Part shown: one piece after another, positions 8,532 to 15,487 of the stretch
How the letters are laid out: every line of letters begins with the position of its first letter
Numbering within the stretch: position 1 is the first letter of the stretch
IMG/VR virus record: IMGVR_UViG_3300020281_001713
Length of the DNA stretch: 64,000 bases
Source of the DNA: a virus
Reading direction: 5' to 3' (one strand)
The notes under the pieces: model-generated
The model's database searches: none
Seen by the model: the letters and a program-made list of their open reading frames with translations, nothing else
What the model was told of the DNA's origin: nothing
Translations under genes and position numbers: made by a program

Positions 8532-8631
8532 TGGCTTTGGGGGAAGGATTCGAACCTTCACGGTAAATATATTGCAGTATCTTTACCACACGATAAACAG
8601 TCGTGCGTGTCTACCATTCCACCACCCCAAA
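8532..8631 (-). tRNA. Atypical tRNA, anticodon GTT (Asn), 29-nt variable region
   Basis: TTTGGGG TG GTG-GAATGGTAGA-CAC G CACGA-CTGTTTA-TCGTG [TGGTAAAGATACTGCAATATATTTACCGT] GAAGG-TTCGAAT-CCTTC CCCCAAA G CCA. Confidence 0.9.
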
Positions 8632-8639
8632 CTGGTCAA

Positions 8640-9593
8640 CTAGTTTGCAATTACATGCTTACCGTCTATAACTAAAACTTCCCCTGGATCTTCGTTAGTC
8701 ATCAAAGGACCCTTAATAGATGTGCCTTTTTGAATCATACCCATTGGCACAGGACGCTTGTATTCAGGATTGACTAAAGTATCCAAAGCCGCAATCATAC
8801 GAGTCATACCTATGCCGCCGCCAACTCTTGGGAAGAAGTCAAACTTTAAAAACTCTTCTAGTTCTGCTTCTACTCTTTCTTTACCAAATAACTTATACAA
8901 CAGTTGACTATATTCTCCACCTGTAATAGTATGGAAGGTATCACGCATCATTTCTACATCACATGAACGTTCTGCACTGCCTATTGTTTCCATACCTCCT
9001 AATATTACATCAATCTTCTTACTTGTCTCTGCGTTTTCATGTCTACTCATATTCCAAAACGGACTAGTAAACTCTGGGAAATCTGTAATCATACAGCTTT
9101 TATTTTGCTTATACATTCTTACTTCGTGATCTGCTTCCAATTCATCATAAGATCCTAGTCCAAAATGCCACTGCCATTCAGCATAAGTTTTTTCTGTAGG
9201 TTCATCAAAACCTAAATATTCACATAATTCATATTCCATTGTTTTCAGATCATTAATATCTCCTGGCATTTCAAATTCAAACATTGGAAATATTATATCG
9301 TGTCGACCTGGTATTGCATTTGGTTCTTGTCTGTAAGAAGTGGAGACACAAAAAAACCCCTTACTATCGGGGCTACTTAATAATTCGTGTTCCAGCCACA
9401 TTTGGCCTGTTTGTGGCAAAGGCCAAACTTGGCCTGCGTAATTGTACGTTGCTACATTGAATGGATCTTCGCATGCGGCAAGTATTGATAGTCTGTTTTG
9501 TGTATGGACTTCTTCAAAACCTTTGTCCAAAAAAAATGACCTTAAAAGGCCAACTGTTTTTGTAAACTTCGTAGGGGATATTAGTTGCGTCAT
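8640..9593 (-). CDS. Class IIb (Asn/Asp) aminoacyl-tRNA synthetase catalytic-domain-only protein
   Basis: Motif 1 FFLDKGFEEVHT, LPQTGQMWLE, motif 2 SYRQEP...RH..FPMFEFE, ETIGSAER, motif 3 GGGIGMTRM; no N-terminal OB domain. Confidence 0.85.
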   Translation of the reverse strand: MTQLISPTKFTKTVGLLRSFFLDKGFEEVHTQNRLSILAACEDPFNVATYNYAGQVWPLPQTGQMWLEHELLSSPDSKGFFCVSTSYRQEPNAIPGRHDIIFPMFEFEMPGDINDLKTMEYELCEYLGFDEPTEKTYAEWQWHFGLGSYDELEADHEVRMYKQNKSCMITDFPEFTSPFWNMSRHENAETSKKIDVILGGMETIGSAERSCDVEMMRDTFHTITGGEYSQLLYKLFGKERVEAELEEFLKFDFFPRVGGGIGMTRMIAALDTLVNPEYKRPVPMGMIQKGTSIKGPLMTNEDPGEVLVIDGKHVIAN

Positions 9594-9668
9594 TTCTTTT
9601 TCCTTTTTAGTAAATTCAACCTAAAAAAAATTTGCTCAAAAAAAAATTGAGCTTATTTCTTCATCTGT

Positions 9669-9848
9669 TTATTTATCAAAGCGACCTATTATGCTGTCAT
9701 TAAACTTGACCCACAGATACAAAAATCCTAAAACTAACCATGCCCAATTCAAAAAGTCCCATGGCAAAATCATATGATACCAAAAATCCCAATGAAAAGG
9801 ATGCATTGTGCTATAATCTGTTCCTGTATAATAGTAATGCTTATCCAT
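9669..9848 (-). CDS. Small Trp-rich membrane protein (59 aa, not in ORF track)
   Basis: MDKHYYYTG...WDFLNWAWLVLGFLYLWVKF...; abuts the upstream ORF stop. Confidence 0.5.
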   Translation of the reverse strand: MDKHYYYTGTDYSTMHPFHWDFWYHMILPWDFLNWAWLVLGFLYLWVKFNDSIIGRFDK

Positions 9849-10118
9849 TTATCTCAAATCACAGTATACTTTTTTTGGGCATTTACATTCATAGCAAATA
9901 GTAACCCTATCATCTATTTCTGATTTAGGATGATCGTAAACACATACCCAATGATTTTCTAAATCTGTAGACTTTTCAACTGTACGTAATCTGCAAGGTG
10001 TTTCTCTTTTATTTAATTCACCATGTACCTTGCCTTTGCCTGTAGGAATATTACTTTCGTGTGTTTCTGTGTTACAACCAGCAAGTGTAAGGATTAGTAG
10101 AATAAAAACATACTTCAT
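9849..10118 (-). CDS. Cys-rich lipoprotein
   Basis: LAGC lipobox, multiple Cys. Confidence 0.6.
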   Translation of the reverse strand: MKYVFILLILTLAGCNTETHESNIPTGKGKVHGELNKRETPCRLRTVEKSTDLENHWVCVYDHPKSEIDDRVTICYECKCPKKVYCDLR

Positions 10119-10306
10119 CTTCTACGTGGTGCCTTTGCTTTTTCTTTTTGTGCTTTTGCTTCTGCTACACGATCTGCTTCTAGTGCTTTTTCAAGTCTTG
10201 TGCCTACCCACACTCCTACTACATAAACAAACACAATCGCTCCGCATATGTATATAAATGTAGCCAATATAATACTCCAACATAAATATTTACCTTAAAT
10301 ACACTG

Positions 10307-11500
10307 ATGATTAACAAGGATCCATTTAATAAAGTCTTACAGGACTTAAAAAAGCAAGGTAGGTACAGAGTGTTTAACGACATAGTTCGTGAACGTGGTG
10401 ACTTTCCTAAATCAATTTGGTACGGCCCGTATGCAATTAAAAATATTGTAAACTGGTGCAGTAATGATTACCTCGGTATGGGTCAAAATAAAGTTGTCAT
10501 CGATGCAATGCATACTGCTCTTGATCAGACAGGAAGTGGATCAGGCGGTACGCGAAACATTGGCGGTACTTCGCACTACCACGTAGCATTAGAGCATGAG
10601 CTTGCGAAATTGCATGGTACTTCAAGTGCTTTATTGTTTACAAGTGCGTATGTCGCTAATGAATGGACACTGGTTGCTCTAAGCAAAATCATTCCCAACA
10701 TTATGTTTTTAAGTGATAACTCGAACCATGCCAGCCTGATAGAAGGTATAAGACATAGTGGTGCTCCTAAGGCAAGGTGGAAGCACAATGACCTGAGCGA
10801 CTTAGAAGAAAAATTGCAAGATTGCGTAGACCAAAATAAGGTACCTTGTATCGTATTTGAATCCGTGTATAGCATGGATGGTGACGTAAGTCCAATTGAA
10901 GGTGTCTGTGAGCTTGCCGAAAGGTATAGGGCCATTACATATCTAGACGAAGTACATGCTGTAGGCTTGTATGGGAAAACTGGTGCCGGTATGCTAGATG
11001 AGATCGGTATGAACGGTGGAGTTGATATAGTCAACGGAACTCTCGGCAAAGCGTTTGGGGTGCAAGGCGGTTACATAGCTGGTGAAGGGATTGTCATAGA
11101 CGCAATCAGATCAGTAGCAAGTGGATTTATTTTCACTACCAGTATGAGTCCTGTGATTTGTGCTGGTGCCTTAGCCGCAATTAAATATTTAAAAGATCAT
11201 AATGAATTAAGAGAGCAACATCAATCTAAAGCAAAAAAATTAAAACAAATGTTAAAAGATGTTGACATAGAAGTTTTATCATGTGCTAGTACTCACATTG
11301 TACCTGTTATGATAAGAGATGCAAAACGTTGCAAAAAATATAGTGACGAGTTGCTACATGAATATGGGATTTATATACAGCCCATTAACTATCCTACTGT
11401 GCCAGAAGGTACAGAAAGATTAAGGATCGCACCAACACCACTACACTCTGACGCTATGATGAGCGACTTAGTAGATGCATTGGTTAAGGTTATAAAATGA
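10307..11500 (+). CDS. hemA: 5-aminolevulinate synthase
   Basis: WCSNDYLGM, GSGGTRNIGG, NHASLIEGI, FESVYSMDG, DEVHAVGLYG, GTLGKAFG, QPINYPTVP.GTERLR. Confidence 0.95.
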   Translation: MINKDPFNKVLQDLKKQGRYRVFNDIVRERGDFPKSIWYGPYAIKNIVNWCSNDYLGMGQNKVVIDAMHTALDQTGSGSGGTRNIGGTSHYHVALEHELAKLHGTSSALLFTSAYVANEWTLVALSKIIPNIMFLSDNSNHASLIEGIRHSGAPKARWKHNDLSDLEEKLQDCVDQNKVPCIVFESVYSMDGDVSPIEGVCELAERYRAITYLDEVHAVGLYGKTGAGMLDEIGMNGGVDIVNGTLGKAFGVQGGYIAGEGIVIDAIRSVASGFIFTTSMSPVICAGALAAIKYLKDHNELREQHQSKAKKLKQMLKDVDIEVLSCASTHIVPVMIRDAKRCKKYSDELLHEYGIYIQPINYPTVPEGTERLRIAPTPLHSDAMMSDLVDALVKVIK

Positions 11501-11937
11501 TCGCTGAAAGGAATAATATGAATGTAATTAAAAAATATTTTTATCAAAGTTTAGGCTTATTTTGCGTAGGCATGGCTTATGTTGGCTTTGTAACTCCAGG
11601 AATACCATTTAGTATATTCTTGGTTATCGCGGCATGGGCCTTTGCTAAAAGTTCACCCCGTTTACATGCTTGGTTATACAACCATCCTTGGTTCGGTGAA
11701 TTTTTAACAAATTGGACTACGAAGAAAGTATTTCCAACCAAAGGCAAATATTTTATGATAATTGTTATGTCAAGCACATTAGCATTTACATGGTTTACCA
11801 CAGGCAACGTAAAGGCAGTTCTATACTCAGGCATTTTTATGGCACTAGTAGCAATATGGGCTTGGAGATATCCAGGTTCACTTGAAGAGTACAATCGCAG
11901 AGTAATGAATAAGGAGAGGATAGCGTGGCTACGGTAG
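11497..11937 (+). CDS. YbaN / DUF454 inner-membrane protein
   Basis: G.VTPGIP...F...AAWAFAKSSPRLHAWL.NHPWFG. Confidence 0.85.
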   Translation: MIAERNNMNVIKKYFYQSLGLFCVGMAYVGFVTPGIPFSIFLVIAAWAFAKSSPRLHAWLYNHPWFGEFLTNWTTKKVFPTKGKYFMIIVMSSTLAFTWFTTGNVKAVLYSGIFMALVAIWAWRYPGSLEEYNRRVMNKERIAWLR

Positions 11938-12122
11938 AGTATGACGATCCACAGATATGGAGTGTCAAGGAATTTTTACAATCAGAAAGAGATGGAATAG
12001 CAGAGCTAGTTGAAAAATTAGGAAAAGCAGAACATCCAGATGTTGCTGAAATACAAAAATTAGTAACAGTTGCAGGTTATTTAGAAGACAGAATTGCTGG
12101 AAAATACCTTGACACTTGCTAA
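11925..12122 (+). CDS. Hypothetical protein
   Basis: GAGG RBS, GTG start. Confidence 0.5.
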   Translation: MATVEYDDPQIWSVKEFLQSERDGIAELVEKLGKAEHPDVAEIQKLVTVAGYLEDRIAGKYLDTC

Positions 12123-12173
12123 ATACTATGCTATATTATATAGCGTACACACAGACACATAGGAGAATATATA

Positions 12174-12488
12174 ATGACTGTAGAAACAAAATACGGGGCT
12201 GACATTCTTAAGCAGACCCAGGCAATGGCAGAAATGGTTAAAGACATGATGCCAAAAGTAACAACAAATAAAAATGGATACGAAATCAGGACAAAAGTCC
12301 TAGAGATGGCACAAAGCAATGTATGGCAAGACTATCATGCAAAGTTTGGCGGCTGGGAACAATCTGTAAAACGTGATCCTCAAACTAATGAAATTGTAAC
12401 ATCTGTTACAATGCCAGAAGTACCAGGAACAGATGCAGTATTAGAAGCGGCTGAAAAGTTTTACGATTTCGTAAATGGTAAAAAGTAA
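12174..12488 (+). CDS. Hypothetical protein
   Basis: TTGACA promoter and AGGAG RBS upstream. Confidence 0.7.
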   Translation: MTVETKYGADILKQTQAMAEMVKDMMPKVTTNKNGYEIRTKVLEMAQSNVWQDYHAKFGGWEQSVKRDPQTNEIVTSVTMPEVPGTDAVLEAAEKFYDFVNGKK

Positions 12489-12669
12489 ATAACAACTAGA
12501 CAGGATATAAAGGGACATAGTCCTTACAACATATAGGAGTTTAGTAACCCCCGGCACAGGAAACTATGTCGGGGGTCAATCGTTATAGTATCTTAAAATG
12601 ATGTAACGCCTACTCTTAAATACATTACTGGCTTTAGTTCATGCCAGTAAAACAAAGGAGGTATCCATC

Positions 12670-12903
12670 ATGGAAATCTTAAATAAAATAAAAGGATGGG
12701 CAGGAGCGATTACTGAAGTAGGTATTTCACTTATTTCATTGGCAATCGTAATGGAAGTTCTTTTCAACGGCCAAGGCATTCCGTTCTGGCCTAACATCAG
12801 TGTAGTAGACAACATAACCGGAATGATAGCTGGACTATCTGCAGAAGGACTTGTTGGCTTAGTCGCTGTTTGGGTGTTATATCATATCTACAATCGCAAG
12901 TAA
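12670..12903 (+). CDS. Small membrane protein
   Basis: AAGGAGG RBS; two hydrophobic helices. Confidence 0.7.
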   Translation: MEILNKIKGWAGAITEVGISLISLAIVMEVLFNGQGIPFWPNISVVDNITGMIAGLSAEGLVGLVAVWVLYHIYNRK

Positions 12904-12921
12904 AAATTTATAACACACTAA

Positions 12922-12954
12922 GTGAGTAGAGCCTTCTCACATGGGCTCTACTCA
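12922..12954. terminator. Hairpin between convergent genes
   Basis: TGAGTAGAGCC...GGCTCTACTCA inverted repeat. Confidence 0.65.
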
Positions 12955-12961
12955 TGATTGT

Positions 12962-13555
12962 TCAATCCTTTAGCGTATCGGCCATACCATGATTAACATC
13001 TGCATGACCTTGTTCGTCTTTGCGTACAGCAACTATCACATCACTTAACTTTGCAGTCTTAGGAAGTTTATAATAATCTATTGCAATTTGCGGAGCATCA
13101 ATATTTTCAACTTCTCCTTTTTCTATTTCTTCTAGATATTGCGTGTAACTTATTACAGCTTGATCTTCAAAATATCCTATCATTCTGTGTGCAGTGCTAG
13201 GAAAGAAAATATAAAGTATCAAATAAAAATGCCAAAAAACAAATTGTGCAAAAGCAATTAATAATCTTTCGAATACATTTGGCTGTGCAATCTCAATAAA
13301 AATCATTAAATGCATACGCTCATTTTCGGCTTCGTCTAACAAAGTTTTAATCCAACCCCTTTGATCAGGTTGCATCTTTCTTAAGCTTCGCAAGTGATTC
13401 CACATGCCAGCTACCATGCCAGGTACACCTGCCACAGTTTCAAGCACAACAGCTCTATGTCCATAGCGTTTAACAAAAAAAGTATCTGCTAACCATCTAA
13501 AAGACATAGTTAAGCTGAAGGCTACACTATCAGAAATGTCACTTCGTTTTACCAT
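12962..13555 (-). CDS. aox: Alternative oxidase (AOX)
   Basis: LETVAGVPGMV, EAENERMHL, GYFED.AV.SYT, IAIDYY, RKDEQGH di-iron motifs. Confidence 0.95.
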   Translation of the reverse strand: MVKRSDISDSVAFSLTMSFRWLADTFFVKRYGHRAVVLETVAGVPGMVAGMWNHLRSLRKMQPDQRGWIKTLLDEAENERMHLMIFIEIAQPNVFERLLIAFAQFVFWHFYLILYIFFPSTAHRMIGYFEDQAVISYTQYLEEIEKGEVENIDAPQIAIDYYKLPKTAKLSDVIVAVRKDEQGHADVNHGMADTLKD

Positions 13556-13594
13556 TTATCCAATCTGATTCTTCGTCATTGTAAGGCCACATAG

Positions 13595-13792
13595 TTATCT
13601 CCTATAAACCTTGCCACCACGTGCAATGTATCCAATATCAGATCGGCTAATGCCTATGTCTTTAAGCTGTCTATTAGTTAAACTGTTTAAGTCATTATAA
13701 ACTCCCCAGTTCATGTTTGATCTAAACTTGCTAAAAAATCTTCCTACTGTTTCACAAAATTCACAGTAGTATAATGTTAATGTATTATGCAT
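13595..13792 (-). CDS. DUF1127 family small protein
   Basis: DLNSLTNRQLKDIGISRSDI. Confidence 0.85.
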   Translation of the reverse strand: MHNTLTLYYCEFCETVGRFFSKFRSNMNWGVYNDLNSLTNRQLKDIGISRSDIGYIARGGKVYRR

Positions 13793-13878
13793 CAGTCTTT
13801 CCTTCCTTTGAAATAATGCTTAGATGGTTCGTAAGGATTTGTAAGTTCCTTCCAAAAGTTTTTAAATAGCTTCCACAT
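13792..13878 (-). CDS. 28-aa small protein (not in ORF track)
   Basis: MWKLFKNFWKELTNPYEPSKHYFKGRKD; TGATG overlap with the DUF1127 gene. Confidence 0.5.
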   Translation of the reverse strand: MWKLFKNFWKELTNPYEPSKHYFKGRKD

Positions 13879-13879
13879 A

Positions 13880-14002
13880 TTATAATTGTGCAAGTGATAA
13901 CCACATGCAACCAAAAATTACTCCGCCTAGTCCAAACATAAGGACTGCTTCGCAGAATTCTCCAGTGCATCTAGCTTGTAGTTCTTTAATTACTTTAATC
14001 AT
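13880..14002 (-). CDS. 40-aa membrane peptide (not in ORF track)
   Basis: GGAG RBS; MIKVIKELQARCTGEFCEAVLMFGLGGVIFGCMWLSLAQL. Confidence 0.55.
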   Translation of the reverse strand: MIKVIKELQARCTGEFCEAVLMFGLGGVIFGCMWLSLAQL

Positions 14003-14128
14003 GATCTCCGTTCCTGTGTGTGTTGATCTTTCCTCACATTGAGAAGCATGCCTCTCCCATATGATTCTGTGATCATTAGTGTTAATAGTAAAACCAAGCA
14101 GACCCCTGCTTGATAATTGAATCTGAAT

Positions 14129-14281
14129 TTAGGATCGCTCCCGTACAGCCGCAAGCTCTAGCATGAGCCTTTTAGCTATGTCATGATGACCTTGTCTAGT
14201 TAATTCGTTAGCCGCTCTTGAGTAACTTATTATCTCAACTGTCTTCATTATTCCTTGCCATATGTTTGAAAAGATATGCAT
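14129..14281 (-). CDS. 50-aa small protein (not in ORF track)
   Basis: MHIFSNIWQG...YSRAANELTRQGHHDIAKRLML; TAATG coupling. Confidence 0.55.
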   Translation of the reverse strand: MHIFSNIWQGIMKTVEIISYSRAANELTRQGHHDIAKRLMLELAAVRERS

Positions 14282-14457
14282 TACACCCACCCTTTCAAAT
14301 TTGGATTAGACTGGGGTGCTTTGTCATGAGCAATCATATACTCATAGGCATAGCGCCAATCTTTACCGTACTCTGTTTTAGCCCATGTACGATAACTGTT
14401 TTCCTTGGATGTTTTAGATCCAAACAATCGTCGTAGGACTTTAGACACATTTTTCAT
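14281..14457 (-). CDS. 58-aa small protein
   Basis: AGGAG RBS before ATG at 14457; YRTWAKTEYGKDWRYAY. Confidence 0.65.
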   Translation of the reverse strand: MKNVSKVLRRLFGSKTSKENSYRTWAKTEYGKDWRYAYEYMIAHDKAPQSNPNLKGWV

Positions 14458-14469
14458 TGTGAATCTCCT

Positions 14470-14622
14470 GTTTCTAAAAATGTTGGATGCTTGAGGAAAG
14501 CAATACCCCGAGTCTTTTCTCGGTGTCAATGTCGCTTTGGACATCGTCAATTGCTGTTTTAGGAGTGCTTTCAACTCCCTGGTCTATCCCTAGTGTCTGT
14601 GTGTGGTTACATTGCTGTAACA
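14470..14622 (-). ncRNA. Putative structured 5' leader RNA (unassigned)
   Basis: Nested stems: GUUACA/UGUAAC, GGAGU/ACUCC, and AGCAAU/AUUGCU enclosing AUGUC/GACAU and CCGAG/CUCGG; late-promoter motif at 14627-14634. Confidence 0.5.
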
Positions 14623-14749
14623 AACTTATTTATCATTCGATATAATAAAATCGTGCAATTTAGAGCTGATAAACCACGATTTTTCTATTTTTTTTATTAA
14701 TATCTGGTATGCACAATATGCATAGTATCTTAACATAGTATTAATAAAA

Positions 14750-14787
14750 TTAATATGACTGTAATCTTAGATTAATCTTTGTATAAT
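14750..14787 (+). promoter_or_regulatory. Pho-box-like promoter
   Basis: 11-bp-phased TTAAT/GTAAT/TTAAT units at 14750, 14761 and 14772 (including CTGTAAT) followed by TATAAT; upstream of the pst operon. Confidence 0.5.
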
Positions 14788-14826
14788 AAATATGATTGGT
14801 ATAAAGGTGAATTTATACCCTACAAC

Positions 14827-14859
14827 TATGATGGCCCAACAGGGCATTACCATAGAGGA
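14827..14859 (+). repeat. 33-nt leader hairpin, copy 1
   Basis: TATGATGGCCCAACAGGGCATTACCATAGAGGA. Confidence 0.85.
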
Positions 14860-14866
14860 TAAAAAA

Positions 14867-15418
14867 ATGAAACACATATTAGTGGCGCTCTTTACGGGTG
14901 CTTTTTTCTTTTGTGCTCCTGCTATTGCAGAAGAATCAGAGCACAACTACAAGGCAAAAATAGACGACTGGGAATATACCTATAGGCATAGAGAAGGTCG
15001 TTGGCATTTTGAAGTAGGCAACAAGATAGGTCCAGTTGAAGTAATGTATCGTTATGCTGATCAGCGTAGCTCAATAGAAAACCGTATAAAGTTTACTTGG
15101 GCATTTCTAGAACTAGATGATCTGACAGTAGAAGGCAGAATGGAATTTAGGGGTTTTGATAACAAAGAGTCACATTGGCGTTATCGTTTTATTACAGAAT
15201 ATACTCCACACTTGTTTGGAGATTTTTATCTGTATGTAAAATGGCAACCACGTTGGGCGTTAAAAGACGCAGGTGTAAAATTTGACTCAAGAGATCAATT
15301 AGGCATAACCTACAAAAAGAACAATTGGAAAATTACTCCTTTTATTGAACGCAATGGCACAGAAGGTTATGGCTACAAACAGACCGTTTACGGTACGCAT
15401 TTTGAGATCAAATTATAA
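14867..15418 (+). CDS. Outer-membrane beta-barrel / porin-like protein
   Basis: Signal peptide, aromatic- and Arg-rich alternating beta-strands; first gene of the pst operon; GAGGA RBS. Confidence 0.6.
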   Translation: MKHILVALFTGAFFFCAPAIAEESEHNYKAKIDDWEYTYRHREGRWHFEVGNKIGPVEVMYRYADQRSSIENRIKFTWAFLELDDLTVEGRMEFRGFDNKESHWRYRFITEYTPHLFGDFYLYVKWQPRWALKDAGVKFDSRDQLGITYKKNNWKITPFIERNGTEGYGYKQTVYGTHFEIKL

Positions 15419-15447
15419 ATAGATTTGAGGCAGGAATGTCTCATCCA

Positions 15448-15480
15448 TATGATGGCCCAACAGGGCATAACCATAGAGGA
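15448..15480 (+). repeat. 33-nt leader hairpin, copy 2
   Basis: TATGATGGCCCAACAGGGCATAACCATAGAGGA (one mismatch to copy 1). Confidence 0.85.
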
Positions 15481-15487
15481 GAAAAAA

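Noticed and set aside
8532-8631. Reading the tRNA as a UUA/UUU suppressor or an intron-containing tRNA
   Set aside because: The 5-bp stem and 7-nt loop place GTT at 34-36; the extra sequence lies in the variable region and is too short for a self-splicing intron
8461-8643. Plus-strand 60-aa ORF
   Set aside because: Antisense to the tRNA gene, no RBS
14792-14866. Extended N-termini predicted for the porin (14792), PstS (15425), YqgE (3857) and OMP (43834)
   Set aside because: Downstream ATGs have better RBS, signal-peptide or domain boundaries; the extensions overlap promoters, leaders or tmRNA
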